The notes beneath the pieces were generated by a model that searched no databases, was not told the DNA's origin, and saw only the letters and a list, made by a program, of their open reading frames with translations. Positions 16,177 through 24,575 of a stretch of DNA of 31,927 bases are shown one piece after another. Made by a program: the position numbers and the translations under genes. Position 1 is the first letter of the stretch. Every line of letters begins with the position of its first letter. The stretch is from a virus (lineage: Duplodnaviria; Caudoviricetes), in the IMG/VR virus record IMGVR_UViG_3300005805_000288, positions 1 to 31,927 of that record; one strand, 5' to 3'.

Positions 16177-18280
16177 CGTAGTCGATCACTCCCTCAAGCC
16201 CTACTTCAGAAAGCATCTCGCGCAGCTTCATTAAGTCTTCGCGAATTGGCATGTTTTTCTTTGCCGCAAGCGCACGGTCAATCTCGTTCATTGGCTTCAT
16301 CGCGTCGCGGAAGCGGCCGACATCAATTCTCTTTGCGGCGTCTTTAACCGCGTAGTCGGGGTTGTCGACAAGGCGCTCAAGTACGGCACGCGTTGTCTCG
16401 CCCGTGCCCTGCTCTTTCGTCCACGGGGTCATTTCTAAGCCAGTTTCCCAGCGCCCGGCGTCAGCTTTACCAGGCAGGTCTTTACCCGCCGCCTTGACGC
16501 GCTTCTGCACGACGCCGCCCGGCACTGGGGGACCGACTTCGACTGGAAACTGCCCGATATGCAAGCCGTCCCCGACTTGAACTACGTCTAGCCCTTGGCC
16601 CTCAAAAGCCTTTCGAGCAGCCTCGAGCTCGTCAGCATTCTTCGCCTCGTACCGAGCGCCCGTCTTTTCGAACGTCTTCATGCTGCTGTTGGCAGGCGTA
16701 AATTTATTGAACCCAGTTGCTTCCTGGCCAGTCACGAGACCTCGCAGCGCAGCGGCGTAGCGCATTGCGCGAACGTCTTCAGGTAACATTTGAGGGCCGC
16801 CACGCTTCGCCTTGCCTGACGCAGTGGTGCCAAGGTCCGACGGCTGCAAACTGACCAGAGGGCGCGCAGTAAACCCTGGATTGCGCTCAAGCTCACCCGC
16901 CGAATTCACATACGTTCCCTGCGTCGGCAACGCCTCGCGCTGGTACATCTGAAACGAGTCGTATATTGGATCGCGCATGGCGCCTGACGGTGCGCGTAAA
17001 TACGCATCGCCCATCGCGTCGGTATATGCAGTTCGCGTCGCCTCGTCCGCACGGTTTAGCCCAGCCAAATGGCCGGTGTTCTCGCCCGTAACAAACTCAA
17101 ACGTGTCATTCGCGGTGTAGCGCGGCACAGCAGAGTCGATGCCGTAGCTTGCCCGTGCGACAAGCTCCTCTTCGCTCGGCGCTTTTGGCGGTCTCTTTTT
17201 TTCGCGAAGCGCTTTTTTCACTGCGCTCGCGTAGTCGCCTTTGTACTTCTCAAGGCGCTGAGCGCCCCAAGTCGCTGCCTGCGCAGAGCGTGGCGTCCAC
17301 TCGTAGCCTTCTGGCAGTACGTCTTTGCCAAACCCTTTGCGCTGAGCCGTGTCGGCTAACACCAGATTTTCGCCAGTCAAAAATCCGTGCTCTTGCGGGG
17401 TAAATCCGCGAGAAAAGTTTTCGCCGTACCCCATGACGCGACCGTGCCAAATGTCATTCGCAGTCTTGTACAACGACTCTGACGGGATCGTCGGGTCCTT
17501 AGCGTCCGCATACGGGCCCGTCTTTTTTCCTAGACGAACAACGCTTGGGTCGATGTTGTAGCCACCCGTAGCGCTCTCGGTATACGCACGCGCGACGTTT
17601 CGCGCCTGCGCGCCTGTACGCGGCACAGCGTCTTCGCCGCGCAGCACCTTGGCGTTGTGCTGACGCACCAACGCTCCGATCTCCACTTCGGGAGTCGCCT
17701 GCGGACTGTAGGCTGCGCCGCCGCGAGCAAACATAGCCGCCATTGCCGGATCGCCGCCCGATACGTCAGTCGCAGTGTCGCGCGCCCGGTCGTACCAGTT
17801 AGCGTTAAACGCACCCTCTTCCACTTTGCGCAACGCGTTTGCGCGATTACGGGCAAGCTTTTGAGGGCTGTCAACATCTGCAGGGGCGCCGACATATTTG
17901 CCCTCCGGCGTGCGCTTTAAGTGATCTCCGCGCAACGCCATTTGTAGCGCTTCGTTGTAATCCGTGATGTTGTCAAAAACGGCGCCGACCGCTTTTTTAC
18001 CTTTCTTACCGCCTGTCTTCGCGGCCATCATCACTGTGCGCGGTATACCGCCGACGACAGGAACCATTCCAAGCGTCGAAAGTCCCATACCGAGCACGTC
18101 GCCTTCGCGGCGTGCGCGCTCAAAATCGCGAGCGCTCAAAGCTTGACCCACGCCTGGAATAAAACCGGCGCCAATATCAACGCCTAAGTCGATTAGGTCA
18201 GCTTCTTCTGTGTTATCGAGCGCAGTAAAAATTTCAGCGCGTCGGCGCAGCTCGTCGATGTACGGATTCGCCATACTCAA
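16082..18280 (-). CDS. Mosaic effector-like protein (732 aa): pre-toxin-TG-like N-terminus plus HhH/DNA-glycosylase-like domain
   Basis: GFIPGVGQALSARD...GDVLGMGLSTLGMVPVVG resembles pre-toxin TG hairpins. WY...AAYSPQ...KTGPY...NDIWHGR...PRSAQAATW follows the DUF7178-like HhH-fold motif order. Start may be ATG 18274. Confidence 0.6.
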   Translation of the reverse strand: MSMANPYIDELRRRAEIFTALDNTEEADLIDLGVDIGAGFIPGVGQALSARDFERARREGDVLGMGLSTLGMVPVVGGIPRTVMMAAKTGGKKGKKAVGAVFDNITDYNEALQMALRGDHLKRTPEGKYVGAPADVDSPQKLARNRANALRKVEEGAFNANWYDRARDTATDVSGGDPAMAAMFARGGAAYSPQATPEVEIGALVRQHNAKVLRGEDAVPRTGAQARNVARAYTESATGGYNIDPSVVRLGKKTGPYADAKDPTIPSESLYKTANDIWHGRVMGYGENFSRGFTPQEHGFLTGENLVLADTAQRKGFGKDVLPEGYEWTPRSAQAATWGAQRLEKYKGDYASAVKKALREKKRPPKAPSEEELVARASYGIDSAVPRYTANDTFEFVTGENTGHLAGLNRADEATRTAYTDAMGDAYLRAPSGAMRDPIYDSFQMYQREALPTQGTYVNSAGELERNPGFTARPLVSLQPSDLGTTASGKAKRGGPQMLPEDVRAMRYAAALRGLVTGQEATGFNKFTPANSSMKTFEKTGARYEAKNADELEAARKAFEGQGLDVVQVGDGLHIGQFPVEVGPPVPGGVVQKRVKAAGKDLPGKADAGRWETGLEMTPWTKEQGTGETTRAVLERLVDNPDYAVKDAAKRIDVGRFRDAMKPMNEIDRALAAKKNMPIREDLMKLREMLSEVGLEGVIDYVKKTGGVALPAIAAVPTLSSLLSQPEDREQL

Positions 18281-20220
18281 CCCGCCGGTGGTAACACTGG
18301 GGGAAGCTGCGGGTTAGGCTGCATCGCTGCCTGCATCATCTGCCCGCGCATTGCGTTGAGCTGCAGCACCTTTTGCTCGGCCTCGGCGCGTGTATTCATT
18401 GCCTTGGCGTCGCGCTCTTTGGCGCCGGCCATTTTCTCGGCCACCGTAGCCTGCTCCATCGGCGAGGGCTGCGGGGGCTGTAGACCTTGGTTCTGCATCG
18501 CAGAAATCGCCTGGTCGAGCACGCCCTCGATCTCGCCCGAGACGCGAAATTTCGACACGCTCCACTGCAAGAGCCGCAACAGGTACGGAGCTGCGCCAGG
18601 GACTCCCTGCGCCATCGGCGCGACCTGAGAAATGAACGCACCCAAGCCTTGCATAAACTGAACCGCTGCGTCTCTTTCTGCGGCCCAGTCCATTGCGGCC
18701 ATGCTGTCCGCCTCAACAGAGATGCGGTATTCGGCGAGCTGCTCGTCCTTGATCAATTGAACGGCCGCCTGCGCGAACTGCGCGTCGGGGGTGCGCAAGA
18801 CGTTCGAGCGCGTGACAATAGTTTCTGGCTGCCAGTGCTTGGAAATAATCTCCGCCTTGATGCGCAGCGCCTGCGTAATCCACTCTGCAATGTAAAACTG
18901 CATGAGCTGGATACGCGTCGACCCAAACTGCGCCTTGATCTGCTGCGCGGTCGCGGTTTCAGACGCGCGCGACGATCCGCGCATAACGTCAGAAATTCCG
19001 AGCACCTCGTAAATCTGCACCGTCTTGTCCTGACGATACTGCCGCAAGCGCTCAATGCAATTGACGATCTGGTCGATAGGCGCAAACTCAATCTTGCCCT
19101 TGACGCCGCCCGACTCGGCAAACATCGCCCAGTTGTCAACCGGGATCAGCTGGTTCTCTGCCGCCTGCTGGAACATGCGCCCAACCGAATCTCCCGCGCT
19201 TTTGTCGTACACGCCCGCGACCTTCGCCGCGCGGGTAAGCCAAGTGATGCGGGTATTGATTTCGTCGAGCTCGTTAAACTGGTCCTCGGCAAAAATGTAA
19301 TCCGCGCGCGGCATGAAGTTGCTCGAGGTGACGTTCGCCGCGAGCGGTTTCGGGCACGGGAAAAATCCATCGAGCGCGAGCGGGTCGTCCTTAACGTCGA
19401 GGATGACCTCGCACCCTTTTGCGAGCCAATAAACTCGCTTGTCTTCTTTGTTCCAAATCTCGTAGACCTGCGCCTTCGACCAGGCGTCGTTGGCGGGCTG
19501 GCTGTCGTTGACGTCTTTCGGCTTCGTACTTGAGAGGGGAACAATCTTCGCAATTTCCTCGCCAAAGCGAGCAACGAGCTGGTCCTTCGTCATGTACACG
19601 CGACGCGCGACCCAACGCACCTCGCTCCAAGTGCGGGCGGGGGACCAGAAGAAATCCTTCCAGTAAATGTAGTCGACCGGCGCGTCCTCATCGACGATGC
19701 GCTCGTAGGTCGACGCAGGTGCGATCTCCTCGCCCGTGAACGGGTCGAGCTGCGCCGGAATTTCCTCAACCTGCGTCTCGACTTCGTAGCGCAGCCATAT
19801 CTGTCCCATTCCGACGATGAGCCAATCCTCAATTCCCTGCCGGATCGCGGCGTCCCATGCTGAGACGTTGTCGTCGAACGACTTGTTAAGCAAACGCTGA
19901 ACGACTAACCCGGCCACGCGCGCCTGGTCGTCTTCCGCGTCCAAAAACGAACGCGCCACAGACGCGCGTGGCGGCCGGGCATAAAGCAAGCTGAGCAGTA
20001 CCTTTGTCGTCGACCAGAACAGATTTACCCGCGACTCGTCTTCGGTGTAGTCGTCGCGCTTGTCGAGGTAGCGGCGCGTGATCTTGTCCGCCTTCTGCTG
20101 AAACTTCTCGAGCTCTTTCTGCGAAGCCTCGAGCTCGGTCGACCAGCGCTGGGCTAGGCCGAGCGGGGTGTCGGCAAAGTCCTTCGACGATTCGATGTTG
20201 GTGCTTTGGTATGTGTTCAT
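18277..20220 (-). CDS. Portal protein (647 aa)
   Basis: Start reassigned to ATG 20220 (ATGA overlap with terL). Follows terL; RVNLFWS, FFPCPKPL, GISDVMRG...ETATAQQIK motifs; Gln/Pro-rich barrel-like C-terminus as in P22-like portals. Confidence 0.9.
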   Translation of the reverse strand: MNTYQSTNIESSKDFADTPLGLAQRWSTELEASQKELEKFQQKADKITRRYLDKRDDYTEDESRVNLFWSTTKVLLSLLYARPPRASVARSFLDAEDDQARVAGLVVQRLLNKSFDDNVSAWDAAIRQGIEDWLIVGMGQIWLRYEVETQVEEIPAQLDPFTGEEIAPASTYERIVDEDAPVDYIYWKDFFWSPARTWSEVRWVARRVYMTKDQLVARFGEEIAKIVPLSSTKPKDVNDSQPANDAWSKAQVYEIWNKEDKRVYWLAKGCEVILDVKDDPLALDGFFPCPKPLAANVTSSNFMPRADYIFAEDQFNELDEINTRITWLTRAAKVAGVYDKSAGDSVGRMFQQAAENQLIPVDNWAMFAESGGVKGKIEFAPIDQIVNCIERLRQYRQDKTVQIYEVLGISDVMRGSSRASETATAQQIKAQFGSTRIQLMQFYIAEWITQALRIKAEIISKHWQPETIVTRSNVLRTPDAQFAQAAVQLIKDEQLAEYRISVEADSMAAMDWAAERDAAVQFMQGLGAFISQVAPMAQGVPGAAPYLLRLLQWSVSKFRVSGEIEGVLDQAISAMQNQGLQPPQPSPMEQATVAEKMAGAKERDAKAMNTRAEAEQKVLQLNAMRGQMMQAAMQPNPQLPPVLPPAG

Positions 20221-21554
20221 CCGATACGCCTCGACTTTTTCGGTCCGCAGTCCCACACGTCGTCCAAGCAAAACTCGTAGCTATGACCGCTACGCGGTGC
20301 GATAGTAGCATCAGCACTTGACAAATGGGAAGAAATGGGCCTCGCGGCGAGCGACAAGTAGCGGAAAGCATCCGACGCATGGCTGTGCTGGTCGTGCTTG
20401 GGCCGGTTACGAAAGGTCTGCGTGCGCTCATCCCACTCGCGCATGTAGCCGCGCAAGTGCTCGATGCCGTCGTAGACCGCTTTTTCGTTAAACCAGCACT
20501 TCGGCAGCACAAGACGCGCCGCCTCAATCCCGTCCTGCAGCGACAGCTCTGGAACAATTCGCGGCGTAATGCCCGCGGCTAAGAACTGCTCGATGATCGA
20601 CTTGCCGGTTTGCAGGCTTTTGGCGCGCGCGTCGTGCGGGAGCCAGACTTGGCCGACTTTGTACGGCCGCGCTTTGACCCAGTCGATGTAGTGCCCAATC
20701 GCTTGCCCGTCCGACTCGTAGAAGTCGACGATGCGATATCCGCCTGGGGTAGTTTGCCATCCCCACCAAGAGCAACTGTCCGTGTAACCCAAATCCGCGA
20801 CCAGATCGACCGCAGCTTCGTCGTCAACGGGGTAATCACCCACCCTATTTTGCTCATACGCCTCTCCTATCAGTTTCGCGTAATACGCACCCGGCACGGC
20901 GGCATCGAAGCTCACCTCGTACTCGATTGCGTAGGTCTCCTCGGTCATCTGCGCTTTCGCGTCGCGCAGCTCCTCTTCGGGCAACACGCCCGTCTTACTC
21001 GCCGGCAACTCGAGCAGCAGGTGCGTGCTCGGATTAAGTCGCGCCTCTTCGCGCAGCTGCCAGAAAAAGTTCTTTCCAGCCGGCGTACCGGCCCAGATTG
21101 CGGACCCGCCGCGATCACTGAGCGCCGGTCTCACCACCGAGTACCAGGTCGAGGGGCGCATCTGCCCGACCTCATCGAGCACGACCGCGTCTAGGTAAAG
21201 ACCGCGGAGCGAGTCTGGGTTGTCGGCGCCGCCGCAGTAGATCGTCGCAAATTCGCCCGCGCGACCCGTGCGGATCGCAACCTTCAGCTCGCTCTCGTTT
21301 GGCGGCTTTGCCCAGAGCGGCTTCGTCAGGTCTTTCAAGTATTGCCACGCAACCCTCTTCGCCTGCTCACGAAACGGCGCGAGGTACGCGACTTGCGGTT
21401 TAGGGTGCGGGCACTCGAGCGCGCTGATCACGAGGTCGGCGCACATCGCGACCGTTTTTCCCGCGCGGCGATGCGCGACGACGCACGCCCAGCGCGCGCT
21501 GCGGTTATGCAGCGGCTGAAAAATGTCGCGGGGGAGATAGGTGTTGATGTCCAT
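20217..21554 (-). CDS. terL: Terminase large subunit (445 aa)
   Basis: Walker A HRRAGKT, Walker B VVLDE, coupling motif GTP, nuclease DLG and HD..SHASDAFRY. Confidence 0.95.
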   Translation of the reverse strand: MDINTYLPRDIFQPLHNRSARWACVVAHRRAGKTVAMCADLVISALECPHPKPQVAYLAPFREQAKRVAWQYLKDLTKPLWAKPPNESELKVAIRTGRAGEFATIYCGGADNPDSLRGLYLDAVVLDEVGQMRPSTWYSVVRPALSDRGGSAIWAGTPAGKNFFWQLREEARLNPSTHLLLELPASKTGVLPEEELRDAKAQMTEETYAIEYEVSFDAAVPGAYYAKLIGEAYEQNRVGDYPVDDEAAVDLVADLGYTDSCSWWGWQTTPGGYRIVDFYESDGQAIGHYIDWVKARPYKVGQVWLPHDARAKSLQTGKSIIEQFLAAGITPRIVPELSLQDGIEAARLVLPKCWFNEKAVYDGIEHLRGYMREWDERTQTFRNRPKHDQHSHASDAFRYLSLAARPISSHLSSADATIAPRSGHSYEFCLDDVWDCGPKKSRRIG

Positions 21555-21569
21555 GAGTTTTTCTCAACA
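21551..21569. promoter_or_regulatory. Operator-like palindrome over the terL start codon
   Basis: Minus strand reads TGTTGAGAAAAACTCATGG; the ATG is inside the site. Confidence 0.6.
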
Positions 21570-21609
21570 CCCGATTTTTGCGAATGCGAGAGAGGGGGGA
21601 AGGGAACCC

Positions 21610-22134
21610 CTACTCGCCCCCTCCCCCCGCCTGCCGATTTGCAGGGGGGTGGGGGGTCGGAGCAGGCTGCTCGGGCGCCTCAAGGGCTGGCTTCGGGTCG
21701 CTAACCCGAAGAGCTCCGCCTTTTTCCACTGTCACATCAATGACTTGCGCTTCAATCGTGCTTGATTGGGACGTAACTGCGCCGCGGCCGCCTACGTTGC
21801 GCGTCGTCAGCCAGGGCAGCTGCACGACGATGTTGCCGTCGACCGACGCCTGCAGCTGTGCCGGGATCACCTTGGCAACCAGGCCGGCAAATATCTGGCG
21901 GTCCTGTACGCCGCCCTGGGCGCGCTCGATGAGCCACCCGGCGAGACCCTCTGGGTGGCACGCCCCAGGGCGGCACGCGAGCTCTATTGCGTCTTTAATC
22001 GTTTTGGTGACGGTGTTGGGCGTGCCCTTCGCCCGCCCGTGCGGGTTGCCGCTCTGGCCAGGCTTAAACAGGTGCTGGCCCCGCCGGGGCTCAGCGGTCG
22101 GCTGTTTTACCTCTGTAGATTGCTGTAACGCCAT
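21610..22134 (-). CDS. terS: Terminase small subunit (DUF5681-like)
   Basis: FKPGQSGNPHGRAKGTPN motif, upstream of terL. Start uncertain (ATG 22134 or further upstream). Confidence 0.8.
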   Translation of the reverse strand: MALQQSTEVKQPTAEPRRGQHLFKPGQSGNPHGRAKGTPNTVTKTIKDAIELACRPGACHPEGLAGWLIERAQGGVQDRQIFAGLVAKVIPAQLQASVDGNIVVQLPWLTTRNVGGRGAVTSQSSTIEAQVIDVTVEKGGALRVSDPKPALEAPEQPAPTPHPPANRQAGGGGE

Positions 22135-22155
22135 CGCGTGGCGAAGTTGCCACAA

Positions 22156-22174
22156 TGATGCGACCTTCGCAACA
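22156..22174. promoter_or_regulatory. Operator-like palindrome upstream of terS
   Basis: TGATGCGACCTTCGCAACA in the short intergenic gap. Confidence 0.7.
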
Positions 22175-22176
22175 GG

Positions 22177-22335
22177 CTAACGCTTGAAGCCGGACAGCTC
22201 CGCGGCCGCATTAACGCCGAATGCAAACGCAATTGCGAGAAAGTACCCCACAAACCCGACCACGAACGCGGCCAGCAACAGCCCGACCGCGCCGGCCGCG
22301 AGGCCTGCCAGTCCCCAAACAAGTAACTCTGCCAT
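22177..22335 (-). CDS. 52-aa hydrophobic membrane protein
   Basis: Not in the ORF track. AGGAGG SD; MAELLVWGLAGLAAGAVGLLLAAFVVGFVGYFLAIAFAFGVNAAAELSGFKR*. Confidence 0.7.
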   Translation of the reverse strand: MAELLVWGLAGLAAGAVGLLLAAFVVGFVGYFLAIAFAFGVNAAAELSGFKR

Positions 22336-22399
22336 GCTCGTCACCTCCTGCCGCCTACCCTACCACCACCTTGCGCCGCGCTCTGCCCGAACGCCCCCA

Positions 22400-22620
22400 G
22401 AACACTAGACCAGTCCACTCCCGCCCTATATAGGAAGTGGTCTAGTGGTCTAGACCCCCTTTTTGGGGTCCAAAAAGCCCCCTTGCAGGGCCTGCAGCCC
22501 CGGCCTGATGGGCCGGGTGCTGCTGACGGCCAGCCTGCTGCGACCGCTGCCGACTGCTCCGCGACCACTACCGGTCTGAACCGGTCTGAACTGGTCTATC
22601 CCGCCTATCCGCCTAGTGGT
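22400..22620. repeat. Non-coding cluster of inverted and direct GGTCT-core repeats; candidate replication origin
   Basis: CACTAGACCA (22403-12) / TGGTCTAGTG (22438-47) inverted repeat around the CCTATATAGG palindrome; GGTCTAGACC palindrome; ACCGGTCTGA x2 plus ACTGGTCT (22570-97). Confidence 0.6.
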
Positions 22621-22624
22621 GATG

Positions 22625-22643
22625 TGATGCGATTATCGCAACG
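22625..22643. promoter_or_regulatory. Operator-like palindrome upstream of the plus-strand island
   Basis: TGATGCGATTATCGCAACG. Confidence 0.7.
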
Positions 22644-22712
22644 CGTTGTGTGTGGTCGCGTACAGTTTGCGCAACCCCGGCGCGGTTGCCGGGTAGACAA
22701 GAGGGAAACGAT

Positions 22713-22934
22713 ATGTATTTGAAAGACGCCCAAATCCACGAAATGGCGAATGCAGCCTTCCGGTCTTACGAAATGACGGGCGACTGGTTTGCCGCCACCA
22801 ACGCCGCATACGAATACGCCGTCGACGAAATTGGCGTATGCCCGAATTACACCGCGGTGCTGTTGGCGCGAAAGATCGCCAAGACTCGTTGGATGGCGGT
22901 GTCGCAGCGAGTGCGCCGCGAGGTGGCCGCATGA
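22713..22934 (+). CDS. Hypothetical protein (73 aa)
   Basis: GAGGG SD, ATG 22713 (MYLKDAQIHEMANAAF), ATGA coupling to the next gene. Confidence 0.7.
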   Translation: MYLKDAQIHEMANAAFRSYEMTGDWFAATNAAYEYAVDEIGVCPNYTAVLLARKIAKTRWMAVSQRVRREVAA

Positions 22935-23140
22935 CCGTCACCCCTATCACCCCGCGCATGGACCTGGCGCACGTCGCCGAGGAGCTCGGCTGTGACCGCG
23001 CCGAGGCGGCGTTCGTGCTGCTCGAGCTGATCGCTGAAGGTCATTGGGCGAAGGACCTCGGCTCGATGAAGATCGACGAGCTGCACTACGCGCTAAACCG
23101 CGCGTGCGCGCGCATGGACGCGCTCGGCATCGAGGCTTGA
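22931..23140 (+). CDS. Hypothetical acidic protein (69 aa)
   Basis: GAGGT SD, ATG 22931 (MTVTPITPRMDLAHVAEELG), GC3-rich codons. Confidence 0.7.
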   Translation: MTVTPITPRMDLAHVAEELGCDRAEAAFVLLELIAEGHWAKDLGSMKIDELHYALNRACARMDALGIEA

Positions 23141-23150
23141 GGTTTTTTTT

Positions 23151-23363
23151 ATGACAACTGATGCGATATTCTCAAGACGTATGGACGCCCACACCGCCAA
23201 CCCCGCCAAGTTCGCCGCGCTGCGCGAAGCCGTCGAGCGTGCCGACACGCTCGCCAGCGTGCAGGCGCGACTCATCGACAACCAGGCGCGCGTGATCGAG
23301 CTGCTCGAGACGCGCATCAAGACGCTCGAGTCGATGGTCGCCGAGCTCAAGTGCAACTACTGA
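23151..23363 (+). CDS. Hypothetical coiled-coil protein (70 aa)
   Basis: GAGG SD, heptad pattern; an operator-like site lies at 23159-23177 inside the first codons. Confidence 0.7.
   Translation: MTTDAIFSRRMDAHTANPAKFAALREAVERADTLASVQARLIDNQARVIELLETRIKTLESMVAELKCNY
23159..23177. promoter_or_regulatory. Operator-like palindrome
   Basis: TGATGCGATATTCTCAAGA. Confidence 0.65.
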
Positions 23364-23370
23364 GGTGTCT

Positions 23371-23619
23371 ATGTACTGGGAAGCCTTTTACGCCCTGTCG
23401 GTACTGCTGAGCGCGGTTGCGACGCTCGTACTCGTTGGGTGGATGCTGTTTGACGTGCTCTGGCGCCAGCGCCCGCGCAAACCCGCACGCCTCGAACCCG
23501 ACCGCGCTCAGCTGCGCAAGCTGCAAGCCAAGCGCCGCTTGGCGCTGCGCCAGCTGGGCGAGCGCTGGGTGCTGCACAAGAGCCGCCCGCCTGTGAGTTG
23601 GGGGTTTCGCCGTGGCTGA
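23371..23619 (+). CDS. Membrane-anchored basic hypothetical protein (82 aa)
   Basis: GAGGT SD, N-terminal hydrophobic helix followed by an Arg-rich tail. Confidence 0.65.
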   Translation: MYWEAFYALSVLLSAVATLVLVGWMLFDVLWRQRPRKPARLEPDRAQLRKLQAKRRLALRQLGERWVLHKSRPPVSWGFRRG

Positions 23620-23788
23620 CTTTATTCGTCTGCGCGGTGTAACCGACCAATACACCGTCGAGCGAGCGCTCGACGAGTTCGCGAACGCCGATGAGGCCGT
23701 GACGGCCTACGCCCACTTTTTGATGGCGCTCGGCTACGCGACGGAAAGCGTGCGCGACGCGCTCGAGAAGGTGTCCGGTGAAATCTGA
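23612..23788 (+). CDS. Hypothetical protein (58 aa)
   Basis: Not in the ORF track. GTG start overlapping the upstream stop; MADFIRLRGVTDQYTVERALDEFANADEAVTAYAHFLMALGYATESVRDALEKVSGEI*. Confidence 0.6.
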   Translation: MADFIRLRGVTDQYTVERALDEFANADEAVTAYAHFLMALGYATESVRDALEKVSGEI

Positions 23789-23945
23789 GATCGAAGCCGC
23801 GCGCGAGGAGAACATCCGCTTGCGCCGCGGGCAGGGCGAGCTGCTCGTGCGCCTCTCGGAGGCTATCGCCGAGTCGATGCTGTTGCGCGCCGAGATCGAG
23901 CGCCTGCAGCAAGAGGTCGAAAAATTACGGGCCGTCAAACATTGA
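23778..23945 (+). CDS. Hypothetical coiled-coil protein (55 aa)
   Basis: Not in the ORF track. AAGGT SD, GTG start; MKSEIEAAREENIRLRRGQGELLVRLSEAIAESMLLRAEIERLQQEVEKLRAVKH*. Confidence 0.6.
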   Translation: MKSEIEAAREENIRLRRGQGELLVRLSEAIAESMLLRAEIERLQQEVEKLRAVKH

Positions 23946-24023
23946 TCTCCTGCAATCGGCCCCGGCTCACGCACCGAGTAGTCCTAGCGGAGCGCTGCCC
24001 CCGCGGTGCGAGGCAGCACTAAC

Positions 24024-24575
24024 ATGCTCTACACACACTCTGGCCCCCTCCCCGTTCACCAATACGTTTGGATTGAACCCGACGCAATTGGCAAGCACGA
24101 CTGGATGCGTGGCGTGTGGTTCGCTATCACCTGCTGGCCCGGCCGTGCGTTTGGTTGCCACGTCTTGCTTGAGAACGGCGCCGTGTATCGCAACGTGCCG
24201 TTGCACAAGATCGCGACAAAGAAAGACGCCGACCCGTGGACCGCGGCGGACGCACAGACCTGGGACGCCTACGGATGGCAGTTCGCGATGATTGAGTACC
24301 CGTTTCTGCACGCCATGAACGCGCTTGTAAAGCTGCAAAGTGGAGCAGAGCACGACGGCATGTACGTTTTCACGCTGGTGCCGGTCGGCGACGCATTCAG
24401 CGCAGCTCCAGAGCAGGCGAAAGAATTCTATTTCGTCGCGCTCGACAACGGCCGCTACACCGCTCAGCCGACTAACCAAGTGCTGATCGACGACCGCTCG
24501 TTTGTCGATAAGCTCGAGTGGCCGACGTTCCTTAAACGCCAGCGCGGATGGTTTAGCGCGGAGGATCGGGAATGA
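24024..24575 (+). CDS. Conserved-looking beta-rich phage hypothetical protein (183 aa)
   Basis: GAGG SD, ATG 24024, aromatic-rich globular sequence (FYFVALDNGRYTAQPTN), ATGA coupling downstream. Confidence 0.75.
   Translation: MLYTHSGPLPVHQYVWIEPDAIGKHDWMRGVWFAITCWPGRAFGCHVLLENGAVYRNVPLHKIATKKDADPWTAADAQTWDAYGWQFAMIEYPFLHAMNALVKLQSGAEHDGMYVFTLVPVGDAFSAAPEQAKEFYFVALDNGRYTAQPTNQVLIDDRSFVDKLEWPTFLKRQRGWFSAEDRE

Noticed and set aside
18487-19533. Long plus-strand ORFs opposite structural genes (also 2095-2880, 7365-8081, 14802-15509, 25349-26098)
   Set aside because: Shadow ORFs expected from GC-rich codon bias; they fully overlap well-supported genes and lack recognisable motifs.
23143-23150. 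T8 tract as a phase-variable switch
   Set aside because: It is only the SD-ATG spacer of the 23151 gene, and variation cannot be shown without reads.
23946-24023. Possible tRNA or ribozyme in the short gap with a GCTGCC/GGCAGC stem
   Set aside because: No cloverleaf, T-loop or ribozyme core is recognisable; a 6-bp GC stem is expected by chance.
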